A stretch of DNA of 37,145 bases, from contig JBGAGQ010000061.1 in NCBI GenBank assembly GCA_044226625.1, forward strand, positions 1 to 37,145. The letters are read 5' to 3'. Source of the DNA: Thermoanaerobaculia bacterium. Lineage in GTDB: Bacteria; Acidobacteriota; Thermoanaerobaculia; Multivoradales; UBA5704. Below are positions 10,101 to 21,100 of the stretch, in pieces. The notes under the pieces are model-generated. The model made no database searches. It saw only the letters and a program-made list of their open reading frames with translations, and had not been told where the DNA came from. The translations under genes and the position numbers were made by a program. Position 1 is the first letter of the stretch. Each line of letters opens with the position of its first letter.

Positions 10101-11485
10101 TCGACGGTTCGCGTGCGCGTGAGAAGGTTGTCCGCGGCGGCGGGGGGTGGCGTCTTCTGCAGGCTCTTCGTGCTCGGCGCGGCGACCAGCGCGAAGCGGT
10201 CGCGATCGGACGACGGCAGCTCGCCCGCGCGGGCCAACTCTTCCGTGGCGTCGATCCAGACCGGAGGAGACGCGGGCACGTAGACGATCGCGTGGTTGAA
10301 GTTGCCGAGCCCCGGCAGGTCGGGCTCGACGTCGGATCCCCATCCGGCCGACAGGAGCGCGAGGTAGGCGGGGATGTCGGCCGCGCGCAGCAGCGCCACG
10401 AGCAACACCGACTTGTCTTTGCAGTCGCCGAAGCGGCGGGCGAGCGTCTCCTGCGGCGAGCGGGGGATGATCCCGCCGTCGCCGAACTCGATGCCGGTGT
10501 AGCGGACCTGGGCCTGGAGGTAGGCGAGCAGGCGGTCGATCACCTGGGCCTGGTCCGTTGCGCCGGCGCTCGCTTGCTCGACCACGGCACGCACGTCCGC
10601 GTCCGCGACCGCGCGGTCCACGACGTCGGAATAGCTCTTCGCGACGCTCTGCCAGGAGGCGCCCGTGCTGAAGGCGAGGTATGGATACGAGGGGACTTCC
10701 GGCGGGAGGCCGTCGACGAATTCCTGGTCGAGCGCGAGGTCGCGCCATTCGAAATGGAGCCGCCGGCGCCCGGCCTCCGTCTTCTCGTCCGGCCCGACTT
10801 CGGGGAGAAGGCGGCGTGCCCAGCGGAGCGGTGCGCCCGCCGCGGTGTCGACGTCGATGCGGGCCAGGCGAAAGCGGTCGTTCGGGAAATGCACGCGGCG
10901 GACGCTACCGGCCGCGAAGACCGGGCGTTGATCGCGGGTGACCGTCTCGATCTCGACGATCGCCCCGGCCTCGACCGCGGGAAGCGGCGCCCGCAGCACG
11001 CGGCCGTCGTCGAACATGATCGCCGAGTCCTCGCCCGACGACGACTCGGAGATCGTCTTCGGATCGAGCTTCCGCTCGGTGCCGTCGCCGCCGATCACCC
11101 GGGCGGCGAGCTCCGGCTTGAGCTGGTGCCAGGGCGACCAGCCGACCTCGACGTAGGCCCAGTCGTCGACCGCCGTCGGATCGAGCACGCGGTAGATCTG
11201 ATGCTGGCGCTCGGTCCAGAGCCCGTCGGCATCGAGCGAAAGGCGCGTTTCGAACAGGAGGTAATCGACCGGCTGGTCGGTCGCCGCCGGAAGCGCCCGA
11301 GCCGCGGCGATCAGCTTCGCCGCCGGGAGCGAGAACGCGGGAGCCGACCAGATCGAGGCGGGAGGCGAAGCCGGTGCGGGGGCCGCCGCTGCGGCTCCCG
11401 CGTCGGAAAGCGCGAAAGGCAACAGGAGCGCGACGGCCGCCCAGGGCGCGGACGACGAAAACGACGAAGCGAGGACGCGGCGCAT
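7136..11485 (-). CDS. Secreted DUF3857 + transglutaminase-like + TPR protein
   Basis: Signal peptide; DUF3857-like region (LRAPLPAVEAGAIVE); catalytic triad motifs RFGDCKDK, FNHAI and WIDAT; C-terminal TPR repeats. Confidence 0.88.
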   Translation of the reverse strand: MRRVLASSFSSSAPWAAVALLLPFALSDAGAAAAAPAPASPPASIWSAPAFSLPAAKLIAAARALPAATDQPVDYLLFETRLSLDADGLWTERQHQIYRVLDPTAVDDWAYVEVGWSPWHQLKPELAARVIGGDGTERKLDPKTISESSSGEDSAIMFDDGRVLRAPLPAVEAGAIVEIETVTRDQRPVFAAGSVRRVHFPNDRFRLARIDVDTAAGAPLRWARRLLPEVGPDEKTEAGRRRLHFEWRDLALDQEFVDGLPPEVPSYPYLAFSTGASWQSVAKSYSDVVDRAVADADVRAVVEQASAGATDQAQVIDRLLAYLQAQVRYTGIEFGDGGIIPRSPQETLARRFGDCKDKSVLLVALLRAADIPAYLALLSAGWGSDVEPDLPGLGNFNHAIVYVPASPPVWIDATEELARAGELPSSDRDRFALVAAPSTKSLQKTPPPAAADNLLTRTRTVELADLGHAKIVEENVYHGDLEIWARRNLGQSEEKARKEWLASYAKAYFLTDQIGPYTMEGERDLSQPFRTRLELPDSPRGSTDLNEAAVGIRLENLIERLPRVFVAEDPEGTEDETDEPELDETEEADATETPTADASKAGAAPEDAPKTARKQPYVFREPFVTQWRYEIQAPPGFAVRELPESKTEALGTATLERRYRTLTDGKLEAYFRFDSGKVRLSPAEFEAMREKTLALAQGEPILLYFDQVGSAALSQGKVATALDEYRGLAARYPDRGLYPLQVSRALLAGGLQEAAKVEAQRAVALSPKLAAAHQNLGWVLQHDPLGRLRGEGGFDRPGSIAAYRKAVALDPENDIAKADLAILLEYNDAGRQYGQGAGLEEAGKLYRELHDKGLTGVNVNLMNNLLERGALDELKQFAGKLEVSATRQQYLAAAVALKDGPDAASRLARSVADRDERARIIAFSAQQLVKKRRYPEAAKLFDILASLASNSAGLSAMQQLASVRRWEEAEVPERKPATLFARLLVLAFKKQLSPEELKDYLSRRLLPAELEDEAKAFQAKDLFENIAEKSGEAGEEVVQVGVDMIVHLLHSDVAGDDRLGYRVRSRVDGVPNGFSFTFFALLEDGKYRMLTDDKDWAPVGRLVLELAEAGQLDDARRWLDWAREETPETESADPYAKKPLARLWTAGVAGDLEAIRAAATVLLVTFGDGPLKPGERTVLASGLEKVAALRATASGETALAFDLATWKALAQLERWNDLAPILERLADAQPGSDRALSALAATYHDLGRASAILPRVQARLAQKPNDPTAVRMLADLADFQGDVPRSIQLTRELVDRGKSEPGDWNRLAWNQLFAPPVAEQALRDASRAAEMSDNGSRAILHTLASVYAELNRPTEAYRALVQSVEAGDKKADDSDWYVLGRIAETYGLPDQARAYYGRVEKPKEFLGVSAFTLAQRRLAGLPREVQAGKGAKGKGTKAKTPKGATPGSR

Positions 11486-11557
11486 GAAGATCTCCGAAAA
11501 AAGCCATGCTATCGCGGCAGGGCTCGCCTCGGAGGACGCCTCGGGGACGGATAGGTG

Positions 11558-12403
11558 TTATGCGGGTTCGGACGTTGCGTGAGCCCAGGACCCCGGAACG
11601 GCCGAGGCGAGCTGCCGCCGGACCTCGAACAGCGCGACCGCGGCGGCTACGGCGACATTGAGCGATTCGACCGGTGGCGCGAGGGGAATGGTGAGCAGGA
11701 GTCCCTCGCGGCGGACGAACGTCTCGACCTCGGAGGAGAGCCCGGGCCCCTCGGCGCCGAGCGCGAGGATCAACGGCGATTTCCCGATCGGCAGGTCGGC
11801 GGCGTAGAGGTCGGCACCCCCCGAGGCCGCGAGCGCGGACCAGACCGGGGCGATGGGAGAGAGGCGATTCTTGAGCTCCTCCGGTCCGACCCCCACCGCC
11901 GCCGGCAGGCGGAGCAGGCTCCCGGCGGAGGCGCGCAGGGCGCGCGGATGGTTCGGATGGACGGTGCCCGGGGCGAGGGCGAGCCCGACGACGCCGGTCG
12001 CCTCGGCGACCCGGGCGATCGCGCCGAGATTCCCCGGATCTTGGAGGCCGTCGAGATAGAGATAGATCCCGCCGCTCCGGACCGGCAGCGTCTCGGCGCC
12101 GCCGCGCGGCAGGCGGGCGATCGCGAGCAGCCCCTTCGGCGAATCGGCGTCGGCGAGCGAATCGAGCACGTCGGTGGTCGCAAGCGTCGGCGCGCGCGGG
12201 AACGCGAGCGGGAAATGGCGGGCGAAGTCCCGCCCCTCGTCGCTCGCGAGAAACTCCGGCGTCGCGAGCACCGGATCGAGGGGGAGGCCCGCGGCGAGCG
12301 CCTCGCCGACCAGATGGGGGCCTTCGAGCACGGCATGGTCGCCTTTACTTCGCCGGAGGCGCCGAATATCCTTCGCGACACGGTTCTGCCGACTCTCGAT
12401 CAT
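11558..12403 (-). CDS. TrmH/SpoU family RNA methyltransferase
   Basis: MIESRQN, VLEGPHLV, LDGLQDPGNLGAIAR, LGAEGPGL and IPLAPPVESLNVAVAA SPOUT motifs. Start set at the Met at 12403. Confidence 0.93.
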   Translation of the reverse strand: MIESRQNRVAKDIRRLRRSKGDHAVLEGPHLVGEALAAGLPLDPVLATPEFLASDEGRDFARHFPLAFPRAPTLATTDVLDSLADADSPKGLLAIARLPRGGAETLPVRSGGIYLYLDGLQDPGNLGAIARVAEATGVVGLALAPGTVHPNHPRALRASAGSLLRLPAAVGVGPEELKNRLSPIAPVWSALAASGGADLYAADLPIGKSPLILALGAEGPGLSSEVETFVRREGLLLTIPLAPPVESLNVAVAAAVALFEVRRQLASAVPGSWAHATSEPA

Positions 12404-13013
12404 GGCCCACGATCTTAAGGACTTCTGGCGGCGCCTCCAATCGGGCGTGGAAGTCGCGGTGGCCCTTCCCTCGCTCGATCGCGAGGATCGCACCGACCGC
12501 CTGCTCGGCGTGCGCGATGGGTTCTACCGTTACCTGCGCGACGGGTACGACCGGCACCTGACGGTCCTGGTCGTGCCGCAGACGGTGGAGGAGGCGCCGA
12601 GCGGCCTCGCGACCTCGGACGACGAGGTGCTCGGCCTTCTCGCCGAGCGCACCGCGAAGATGGAGCGCCTGCTCGGCGACCAATACCACTTCTACGCGGC
12701 GACGGAAGGTGGGCTCCACTCCTTGACCATCGGAGGGGAGACGCGCCTGTTCGTCCACAACTGGACCTCGATCCGCAGCCGGATCGGCCAGGCGTGGGGT
12801 GCCTCCGGCTCGGTTCAGCTTCCCGAGCGCATCATCGCCGGCCTCGACAGCGATCAGATACGGTTCTCGGTGCCCGGCACCCGCAAGGCGGGCGGATTGA
12901 TTTCTTCGCTCACCGGCGGTTCCGAGACCCGCCGCCAGACGATCGGCCAATCGACGTTCCACGCGCTGTCGACCCTCTTCTACGGGGTGATCGAAGGGCG
13001 TCCGCGCGGCTGA
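12402..13013 (+). CDS. DUF84 / YjjX-like non-canonical purine NTPase family protein
   Basis: [16 protein letters not shown] and [15 protein letters not shown] match the YjjX/NTPase_I-T pattern (EGG, GxIGxLTxG..R). Divergent N-terminus. Confidence 0.7.
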   Translation: MAHDLKDFWRRLQSGVEVAVALPSLDREDRTDRLLGVRDGFYRYLRDGYDRHLTVLVVPQTVEEAPSGLATSDDEVLGLLAERTAKMERLLGDQYHFYAATEGGLHSLTIGGETRLFVHNWTSIRSRIGQAWGASGSVQLPERIIAGLDSDQIRFSVPGTRKAGGLISSLTGGSETRRQTIGQSTFHALSTLFYGVIEGRPRG

Positions 13014-13066
13014 AGGCCGGACGGCCGAGCGCTGCCGGCGCTCGCTGGCACCCCCTCCGCCCGATT

Positions 13067-13075
13067 TGGTACGAT
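13067..13075 (+). promoter_or_regulatory. Candidate extended -10 promoter (TGnTACGAT) for metK
   Basis: TGGTACGAT about 96 nt upstream of the metK ATG. Confidence 0.35.
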
Positions 13076-13171
13076 CCGGCTTCATCCTCGGGCTCGACGG
13101 CGACCCGCCGGCGGGCTCTCCTTCCGAAATTATCCGTTCGAGGCCGACCGGTCCTCGCGAGAAGGTGTCCG

Positions 13172-14338
13172 ATGGCGCAACGTGACGTGCATTTGTTCAC
13201 CTCGGAGTCGGTGACCGAGGGTCACCCCGACAAAGTGGCCGACCAGATCTCCGACGGAATCCTGGACGAGGTCTTGCGCCACGATCCCTCGGGCCGCGTC
13301 GCGGCCGAAACGCTGGTCACCACGGACCTGATCGTCCTCGCGGGCGAGATCACCTGCGGCCAGGAGATCGATTTCGAGGCGGTCGCCCGGCAGGCCGTAC
13401 GCGACATCGGCTACACCCGCGCGGACATCGGTTTCGACGCCGGCACCTGCGAGGTGATCAACCGCATCCATTCGCAGTCGCCCGACATCGCGATGGGGGT
13501 GGACACCGGGGGCGCCGGCGACCAGGGGCTGATGTTCGGCTTCGCCTGCATGGAAACCCCGGAGCTGATGCCGCTGCCGATCACCCTCGCGCACCATCTC
13601 ACGCGGCGCCTGGCCAAGGTGCGGCACGAGGGCGAGGTCGCCTGGCTGCGTCCCGACGGCAAAAGCCAGGTGACGGTCGAGTACGACGGCAAGAAGCCGG
13701 TGCGCGTCCACACCGTCGTGATCTCGACCCAGCACGCGCCGGAGATCTCGCAGGACGAGATTCGCGAGACCGTGATCGAGACGGTGATCCGGCCGTCGAT
13801 TCCGGCCGAGCTGCTCGACCGCGAGACGATTTTCTACGTCAATCCGACCGGCCGGTTCGAGATCGGCGGCCCGCACGGCGACTGCGGCCTGACCGGGCGC
13901 AAGATCATCGTCGACACCTACGGCGGCTACGGCCGGCACGGCGGCGGCGCCTTCTCGGGCAAGGATCCGACGAAGGTCGACCGCTCGGCTTGCTACATGG
14001 CGCGGCACATCGCGAAGAACCTGGTGGCCGCCGGATTCGCCGAACGGGTCGAGGTCCAGCTCGCCTACGCGATCGGCGTCGCCGAGCCGGTCTCGGTGCA
14101 CGTCGATTCCTTCGGCACCGGCACGATCGGCGACCGCGAGATGGAGCGCCTGGTGCGGGCGGTCTTCCCGCTGACGCCGAAGGGTTTGATCGAAAACCTC
14201 GACCTGCGGCGGCCGATCTACCGGCCGACCGCCGCCTACGGGCATTTCGGCCGCTCCGAGTTCTCGTGGGAGCGTACCGATCGCGCCGCGGAGCTGCGCG
14301 TCGCGGCGGGTCTGGGAGAGCCCACGCTGGCCGGCTGA
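13172..14338 (+). CDS. metK: S-adenosylmethionine synthetase
   Basis: [48 protein letters not shown] and [16 protein letters not shown]. Confidence 0.98.
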   Translation: MAQRDVHLFTSESVTEGHPDKVADQISDGILDEVLRHDPSGRVAAETLVTTDLIVLAGEITCGQEIDFEAVARQAVRDIGYTRADIGFDAGTCEVINRIHSQSPDIAMGVDTGGAGDQGLMFGFACMETPELMPLPITLAHHLTRRLAKVRHEGEVAWLRPDGKSQVTVEYDGKKPVRVHTVVISTQHAPEISQDEIRETVIETVIRPSIPAELLDRETIFYVNPTGRFEIGGPHGDCGLTGRKIIVDTYGGYGRHGGGAFSGKDPTKVDRSACYMARHIAKNLVAAGFAERVEVQLAYAIGVAEPVSVHVDSFGTGTIGDREMERLVRAVFPLTPKGLIENLDLRRPIYRPTAAYGHFGRSEFSWERTDRAAELRVAAGLGEPTLAG

Positions 14339-14431
14339 GCCGGCCCGGAACGTCTTCATCATCGATTCGAAAGCCGGAAGCGACCTTTCACGAATGCCAA
14401 ACGGGAACGCCTCCAAGGGGGCGTTCCCTAG

Positions 14432-15721
<1,290 letters not shown>

Positions 15722-15874
15722 GCCTCTCGTCGATCGTCTTTGCCGGCGGCACCCGTCGCCCTCCCGCCGGCCGGGCCTTGTCCCGGTCGGCGGCGTCCGG
15801 CGCACTGTAGGGCCAGAAGCCGCGGCGTCTCGCCCGGCCGGCTCTCACCTCCGTCCAAACGCTAGGGGATCGGG

Positions 15875-16171
15875 ATGTCTCGAAAGAGCTCGCATCGGGT
15901 GCTCGCCGTCGTCGTTTGTTGTGCCTTGGGTCTCTCGCTGGGAACGCTCCCCGCCGCCGCGTTTCCCGGATTCACGAGCTCGGAGGAAGTCCGCTTCGAC
16001 TTCGGTTCTTGGCTGATCGGCCTCTGGCGGGAAGTGGCGGCGCCGATCGCCGGCCTGTTCGCGGCCGATGGGACGCCTCCTCCTCCGCCGACCCCGCCGA
16101 CCAGCAACTCGGGAATCACGATCGACCCGAGCGGCCTCGCGAGCCCGCCGCCCCCCGATCCGCCGGTCTGA
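15875..16171 (+). CDS. Small secreted protein with amphipathic Trp helix and GITIDPSG motif
   Basis: Signal peptide ending PAAA, then FGSWLIGLW, a Pro-rich linker and NSGITIDPSG. AGGGG RBS. Confidence 0.6.
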   Translation: MSRKSSHRVLAVVVCCALGLSLGTLPAAAFPGFTSSEEVRFDFGSWLIGLWREVAAPIAGLFAADGTPPPPPTPPTSNSGITIDPSGLASPPPPDPPV

Positions 16172-16216
16172 TCGGCCTCGGCCCGGATCCGGGCGCCGCG
16201 ATCCGGAGCCCGGTTT

Positions 16217-18010
16217 CTATCGCTTCCGGGACAGGGCGGCGATCAGGCCGACCACGAACAGGATCGACCAGGCGTACCAGGGCGCGCCGGAGCTCGCGAG
16301 CACCGCTCCGGCCACCATGCAGAAGCCGCCGAAGATGGTGCCGCGCAGGCCCGCGAAGGGATTCTCCGGCGCCCGCCGAGCCATCTGCTCGATCATCTTC
16401 GCCCCTTCCATCACCAGACCGGGCGCTCGCCCGAGCGCCTCGAGCAGATCGGGCACTCCGCGCAGGAATTGGCGCCCGAGCGAGATCGGGCTGAACTGAT
16501 CGAGGAAGATCTTGTTGGCGTGGCTCTGCGAGACCGAGGCGACGTCGAGCCCGGGCTTCAAGATCTGGCCCACCCCTTCGAAGGTGACGAGCGCTTTGAC
16601 CATCAGCACCATCTCGACGGGGAAGAAGAGCCCGTGCTGCGCGCCCATGTTGACCGAGCGGAGGATCAGCTGGGCGAGGGAAAAGTCTTTGAAGTTCTTG
16701 GTGCGCCCCCAGCGCCCGAGGATCTCGGTCAGCTCGCGGCGGAACGCGACGGGATCGGCCCCCGGTCCCTCCTGGGCCACCTGGACCAGGTAGCGCGCCG
16801 CCCCTTCCGCGTCGCCCATCACCATCGAGTAGAAATAGTTGAGCAGCGTCTTCCGGAGGTCGGAATCGAACCGGCCCACCATGCCGAGGTCGATGAAGCC
16901 CAACCGCGGTCCGCTCGGGCCGGGGAGAATCAGCAGGTTCCCGGGATGCAGGTCGGCGTGGAAGAAGCCGTCCTTGTAGATCATCCGGATGATCGCCGCC
17001 GCACCGTAGTCGATCAGCCGGTCGCGGTCGTATTCCGAAAGCTCCTGCGCCTGGGGATCGGACGGCTTGAAGCCCGAGAAGAACTCCATGCACAGGACCC
17101 GCTGGCCGCTGTGCTCGCGGTAGATCTTCGGAAAGGCGACGCCGGGCAGATCGGTGAAGTTCGCGGCGAACGTCTCGGCGTTGTCCGCCTCGCGCCGCAG
17201 GTCGACCTCGCGGCGGGTGTATTCGACGAACTCGGCGATCACCCGTTTCGGCTGATAGCGGGGGAGGATCTTCTGGAGGATCGCTCCGAGCCCTTTGAGC
17301 AGCCAGGCGTCGCGCGTGAGCGTTCCGCGGATGCCCGGCTTCACCACCTTCAGGATCACCGAGTCGCCGTCTTTGGTGGTCGCCCGATGCGTCTGGGCGA
17401 TCGAGGCCGAGCCGAGCGGCTTCGGGTCGATCCAGGAGAACAGCTCGGAGATCGGCCGGCCGAGATCGGCCTGGATCAGCTCGCAATAGCGATCGAACGT
17501 GACGACCGGCAGCCGGTCGAGCAGGTTCTTCAATTCCTCGGTGATCGACGCCGGCAGGATGTCCTGGCGCAGCGCGAGCACCTGGCCGAGCTTGATGTAC
17601 GTGGGGCCGAGGATCTCCAGCCGGCGGCGCAGCTGGACCGGGAACGGCAGGTCGCGCAGCTGGCGCGACAGGAACGGCCGGACGATCCAGGCGAGTACCT
17701 TCTCCATCCGGAACAGCAGAGCGAACCCCTGCCCCTTGCCGAACTGCTCGCCATAACGTGCGTGGGCGACCAGGCCGCCGTTCAACAGGCCGAGGAAGTG
17801 CTTGTGCGTCGTGATCAGCCGGCGAAAGACCCCTTGCGGCGGCTCGTCCGGCATCAGCTCCCACCCGGCGGGGGCGACCCGCTGCAGCGGCAAGCCCACG
17901 GGTGGCGGCGCCCAGGTGGGATCCGGAGGCTCCGTGCCGTCCGCGGCGATCTTGAGCTCGAGCTCGGGATCGAGCGACGCGGAGAGATCCGGGGGAGTCA
18001 CGGCCGGCAT
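16217..18010 (-). CDS. ABC1/UbiB (AarF) family atypical kinase
   Basis: LGPTYIKLGQ, LGSASIAQTH, LKVVKPGI, GFFHADLHPGN, FIDLGMVG and C-terminal TM helices. The true start may be GTG at 18001. Confidence 0.92.
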   Translation of the reverse strand: MPAVTPPDLSASLDPELELKIAADGTEPPDPTWAPPPVGLPLQRVAPAGWELMPDEPPQGVFRRLITTHKHFLGLLNGGLVAHARYGEQFGKGQGFALLFRMEKVLAWIVRPFLSRQLRDLPFPVQLRRRLEILGPTYIKLGQVLALRQDILPASITEELKNLLDRLPVVTFDRYCELIQADLGRPISELFSWIDPKPLGSASIAQTHRATTKDGDSVILKVVKPGIRGTLTRDAWLLKGLGAILQKILPRYQPKRVIAEFVEYTRREVDLRREADNAETFAANFTDLPGVAFPKIYREHSGQRVLCMEFFSGFKPSDPQAQELSEYDRDRLIDYGAAAIIRMIYKDGFFHADLHPGNLLILPGPSGPRLGFIDLGMVGRFDSDLRKTLLNYFYSMVMGDAEGAARYLVQVAQEGPGADPVAFRRELTEILGRWGRTKNFKDFSLAQLILRSVNMGAQHGLFFPVEMVLMVKALVTFEGVGQILKPGLDVASVSQSHANKIFLDQFSPISLGRQFLRGVPDLLEALGRAPGLVMEGAKMIEQMARRAPENPFAGLRGTIFGGFCMVAGAVLASSGAPWYAWSILFVVGLIAALSRKR

Positions 18011-18145
18011 TCTACTCGCGCGGGCGGGGATCTCGACTTGGCGGTCGCCGGAGGAGACGACGGTGAGCCGGATCGAATCTCCAAACTCGACACCTCGAGG
18101 CGAACGCCCCGGGGAAACGGTCGATCGTCTCCCCGGGGGTACTCC

Positions 18146-21100
18146 TCACTTGGGCTTTTGTACGAGCACGGTCGCCGTGCGTGTTGCCGTGTTACCGGCC
18201 GCGTCGCGCGCCTCGTAGGTCACCCGATACGAGCGAGAAGTGAGGTGCTTTTCCGCCCGCAGGAGGAAGGTACGATCGTCCGTGCCGAAGGTCGCATCCT
18301 GGACGTCGTTGGGGACGTCGCGCGGATCCAGGCCCGAGTCGGCTTCGCTGGAGGTGATCGACAACAGCTTCACCGTCGGCTGAGCGTCTTTGTCGTCCGA
18401 TGCGGTGATGGCCGCCTGGACCGAAATCAACTGATGCTCCGGCGGAAAGAGGCCCGAAGGCGACAGAGTGACCGTGAGGGTCGGCGGCATGGTGTCTCCG
18501 ACGAACCCTTCGAACTGCCGCGCCTCGAAGTCGGCGGTCGTGAAGGCCCGATCCGAGATCAACGAGGCGTTGCTGCCGAAGACCAACAGGTCCGCCACCG
18601 TATAAGGACCGTCGAGGCCGCTCTGGCCGATCGAGGGGCCCGAATACGGGAGCAGGATGGACTGCCTGCCCGCGGACAGCGAGCCGGATCCGGAAGTGAA
18701 GCCGACCTCTCGGCCCAGCGGATCGATCAGCCGGGCGGACCAGGAGTAGAAGTCGGCCGCGTCGAGATCGAGGTCCAGGAGGACGTCGAGCCGATCGAAA
18801 AGACCGTTGCCGTTGGTGTCGACGCCCTCGGCGCTGCCGGTGCCGGCCAGAGCGATCGGCGGATGCTCGAACTCGCGGAAACCGAACGAGGTCGTCGCCC
18901 AACCCGGAACGCTTTCGGCAAGCGGCAGAACCCCGACTTCCCCTTCCTCCGCCAAGCGTAGCTCGGAGAGAGTGTAGGGTCCGTCGATTCCTTGGGCATA
19001 GATTTCACGACCGTCGAACGGAAGCGTGGCGGTCTGACTTCCCGCAGCGAGAGCACCGCTCCAAGAGGCTTCGTGACGGTTGCCGGCGGTGTCGGTCAAC
19101 ACTCCCAGGAGTCGGTAATCGCCCGGCGCTCCGACGTTGAGCCCGATGTCGACCGCCAACTGGTTGAACAGGCCATTGCCGTCCGTATCGACCCCTCGGC
19201 TGCCGAAGACGTTGGTGAGCTGCGCGCCGCCACTCGCCACCGCGGCGACCCCGAAGGCCTCGCGGCTGAATTGCGCGGGATTGGACGCCGGGGTTCCCGC
19301 GGCTTTGAAGGTGAGCTGATAGGTACCGGCCAGGTTCGGCAGGAAAGCGGCGGAGTAGATCCCATCGTCGGCCGCGGAATCGCCTCCGGTGCCGTCATCC
19401 CGAAGCGGCAGCCGCGTGATTTCACCGTCAGGGCGCCCGACCAGGACCGAAGTCTCGGCCCGGGTTAGCGGCCCGGTGCCGCGGAGCAAAGTCGCGCGCA
19501 CCGTCAGCTGCTGGCCCACCGAGACGACCTGTGGTGAGGCGGAGCCGGAGAGACGGATCTCCGATTCGGCGAACCAGGCGTGGACGGCGAAGCTCACCCT
19601 GCCCGTAGCGGTGCCGACCGTCGTCGCAGAGACGTCGGCACGCCAGATGCCCGCCTCGGCGTTGGCGAATTGGTAGACCTCGAGGACGTTTCCTTCGAGC
19701 GCGGTCACCTGATGCGAAACGCCTCTCTGTCCAGCGACGCTCGACGCGTCGTAGTGCACTCCCGTCGGAGAAGTGAGCGCGAGCTTCAAGTCGGCGGAGG
19801 CGTAAAGGAGGGAGATGGAGGCCGGACCGCGCGCCTCGACCGGAACGAAGAGCGTCCGAGTTTCCCCAGCCGCGATGTCCCCACCCTCGGTCGCGGTTCT
19901 GGAAGGTACCGCCGCTGGCGGGGCGACTCTCGCTTTGGACGTGTCGGCGGTTCGATCGATGAGGCTGGAGAACACGCCCGAAGCCTCGGTCAAATGGGTG
20001 TGGACGGAATCGAGGTTCGAGCCCTGCGACGCGAAGGTTCGCTGGCCCATGTAGGAGAGAGCATGAACCGAGGAGACGGGGACGATTCCGTCGCCCTCAC
20101 CGGCCACCACGCTCGCAAGAGCCCAAGCCGGCTCGGGACAGCCGAAGAGGAGGAATGCACAGTCCGGATCGTAGTCGCCGGCCAAGGCGGTATAGGTCAC
20201 GTTGGTGTTGTGCGAGTGGAAGAGGTTGTAGAGAGCCATCGAGCCGGTGGTCAACTGTCGACCCGCAGGGAGCGTCAGGTCGGACAGAAAGACCACTGGT
20301 AAACGCGATTCGGCTTGCAGGGCGATGAGCGCCGCGCGGGCGAGATCGGCCCACGGGCTGCCCGCGTTGGGGGTGCCGATCTGGATGACCTGCGCGACGT
20401 CGGAATGCGATTCGACATAGTGCCTGGCATCGAGACCGCCCTTGCTGTGGCAGATCAAGTTGACCTTGTCGACCCCCCAGCGGGTTTTCGCTTTCGCCAC
20501 CTCGACGCCGATCTTGCCCGCGTTGTTCTCGATGCTGTCGAGGGCGCCCATGTTGAGCGCGGTACTGTTAGGCAGTCCCAGCTGATCTAGCTTCGGTCCC
20601 CAGAGGCCGCCCCAAGCCTGACTGCCGCTCGAGAAGATGCCGTGCACCAGCACCGCCGGCCGCGCGACCTTGAAGGAGAGGGACGCCCAATCGATCGCGG
20701 TGCACCACTGGTCGCTCGAATTGGCCGTATCGATGTCGATGCGAATCTCATTGTCTCCGGGGGTGGGGGGGCCCGAGGCGTTCGCGGTCGCGAAGTTCAC
20801 CCAGTCGACGGGAATTTGAAAGTTGTTCTCCTTCCAGACATTGTTGGCACCGGTCAGAAACGTTTCGCGGACTGCGTGGCCGTTGAAAAAGACACGATCC
20901 CGTTCGGGATTGATACCCGGGATCGCCGCGTCGAAATCGACGTCGAACGCGGGCATTCGCAAAGCGGCATTGGCGGCGAGCAGGCCGCTGTTCAAGAGCT
21001 TGGACCGATCGCCGATCACGCGGGTGATCGCGATCTTGAAGACCAAAGGGCCGCCGCTGCCATAGGTGCAGCCGGTGTCGAGGCCGGGGCTCTGGTCGAC

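Noticed and set aside
7082-11554. 1490-aa plus-strand ORF and 1314-aa minus-strand ORF 6804..10748
   Set aside because: Shadow frames of the GC-rich DUF3857/transglutaminase gene: Arg/Gly/Ala-rich with no motifs. Only the last 68 codons of 6804..10748 form a real gene.
12174-12493. Longer overlapping starts for DUF84 (12174) and TrmH (12493) given in the ORF track
   Set aside because: The extensions lack family similarity and would overlap the opposite gene's conserved coding region.
13014-13171. SAM riboswitch upstream of metK
   Set aside because: No SAM-I core (AUC..GAG, GCAACC, GUGC, GAU) or SAM-II pattern recognisable by eye. An Rfam scan would be decisive.
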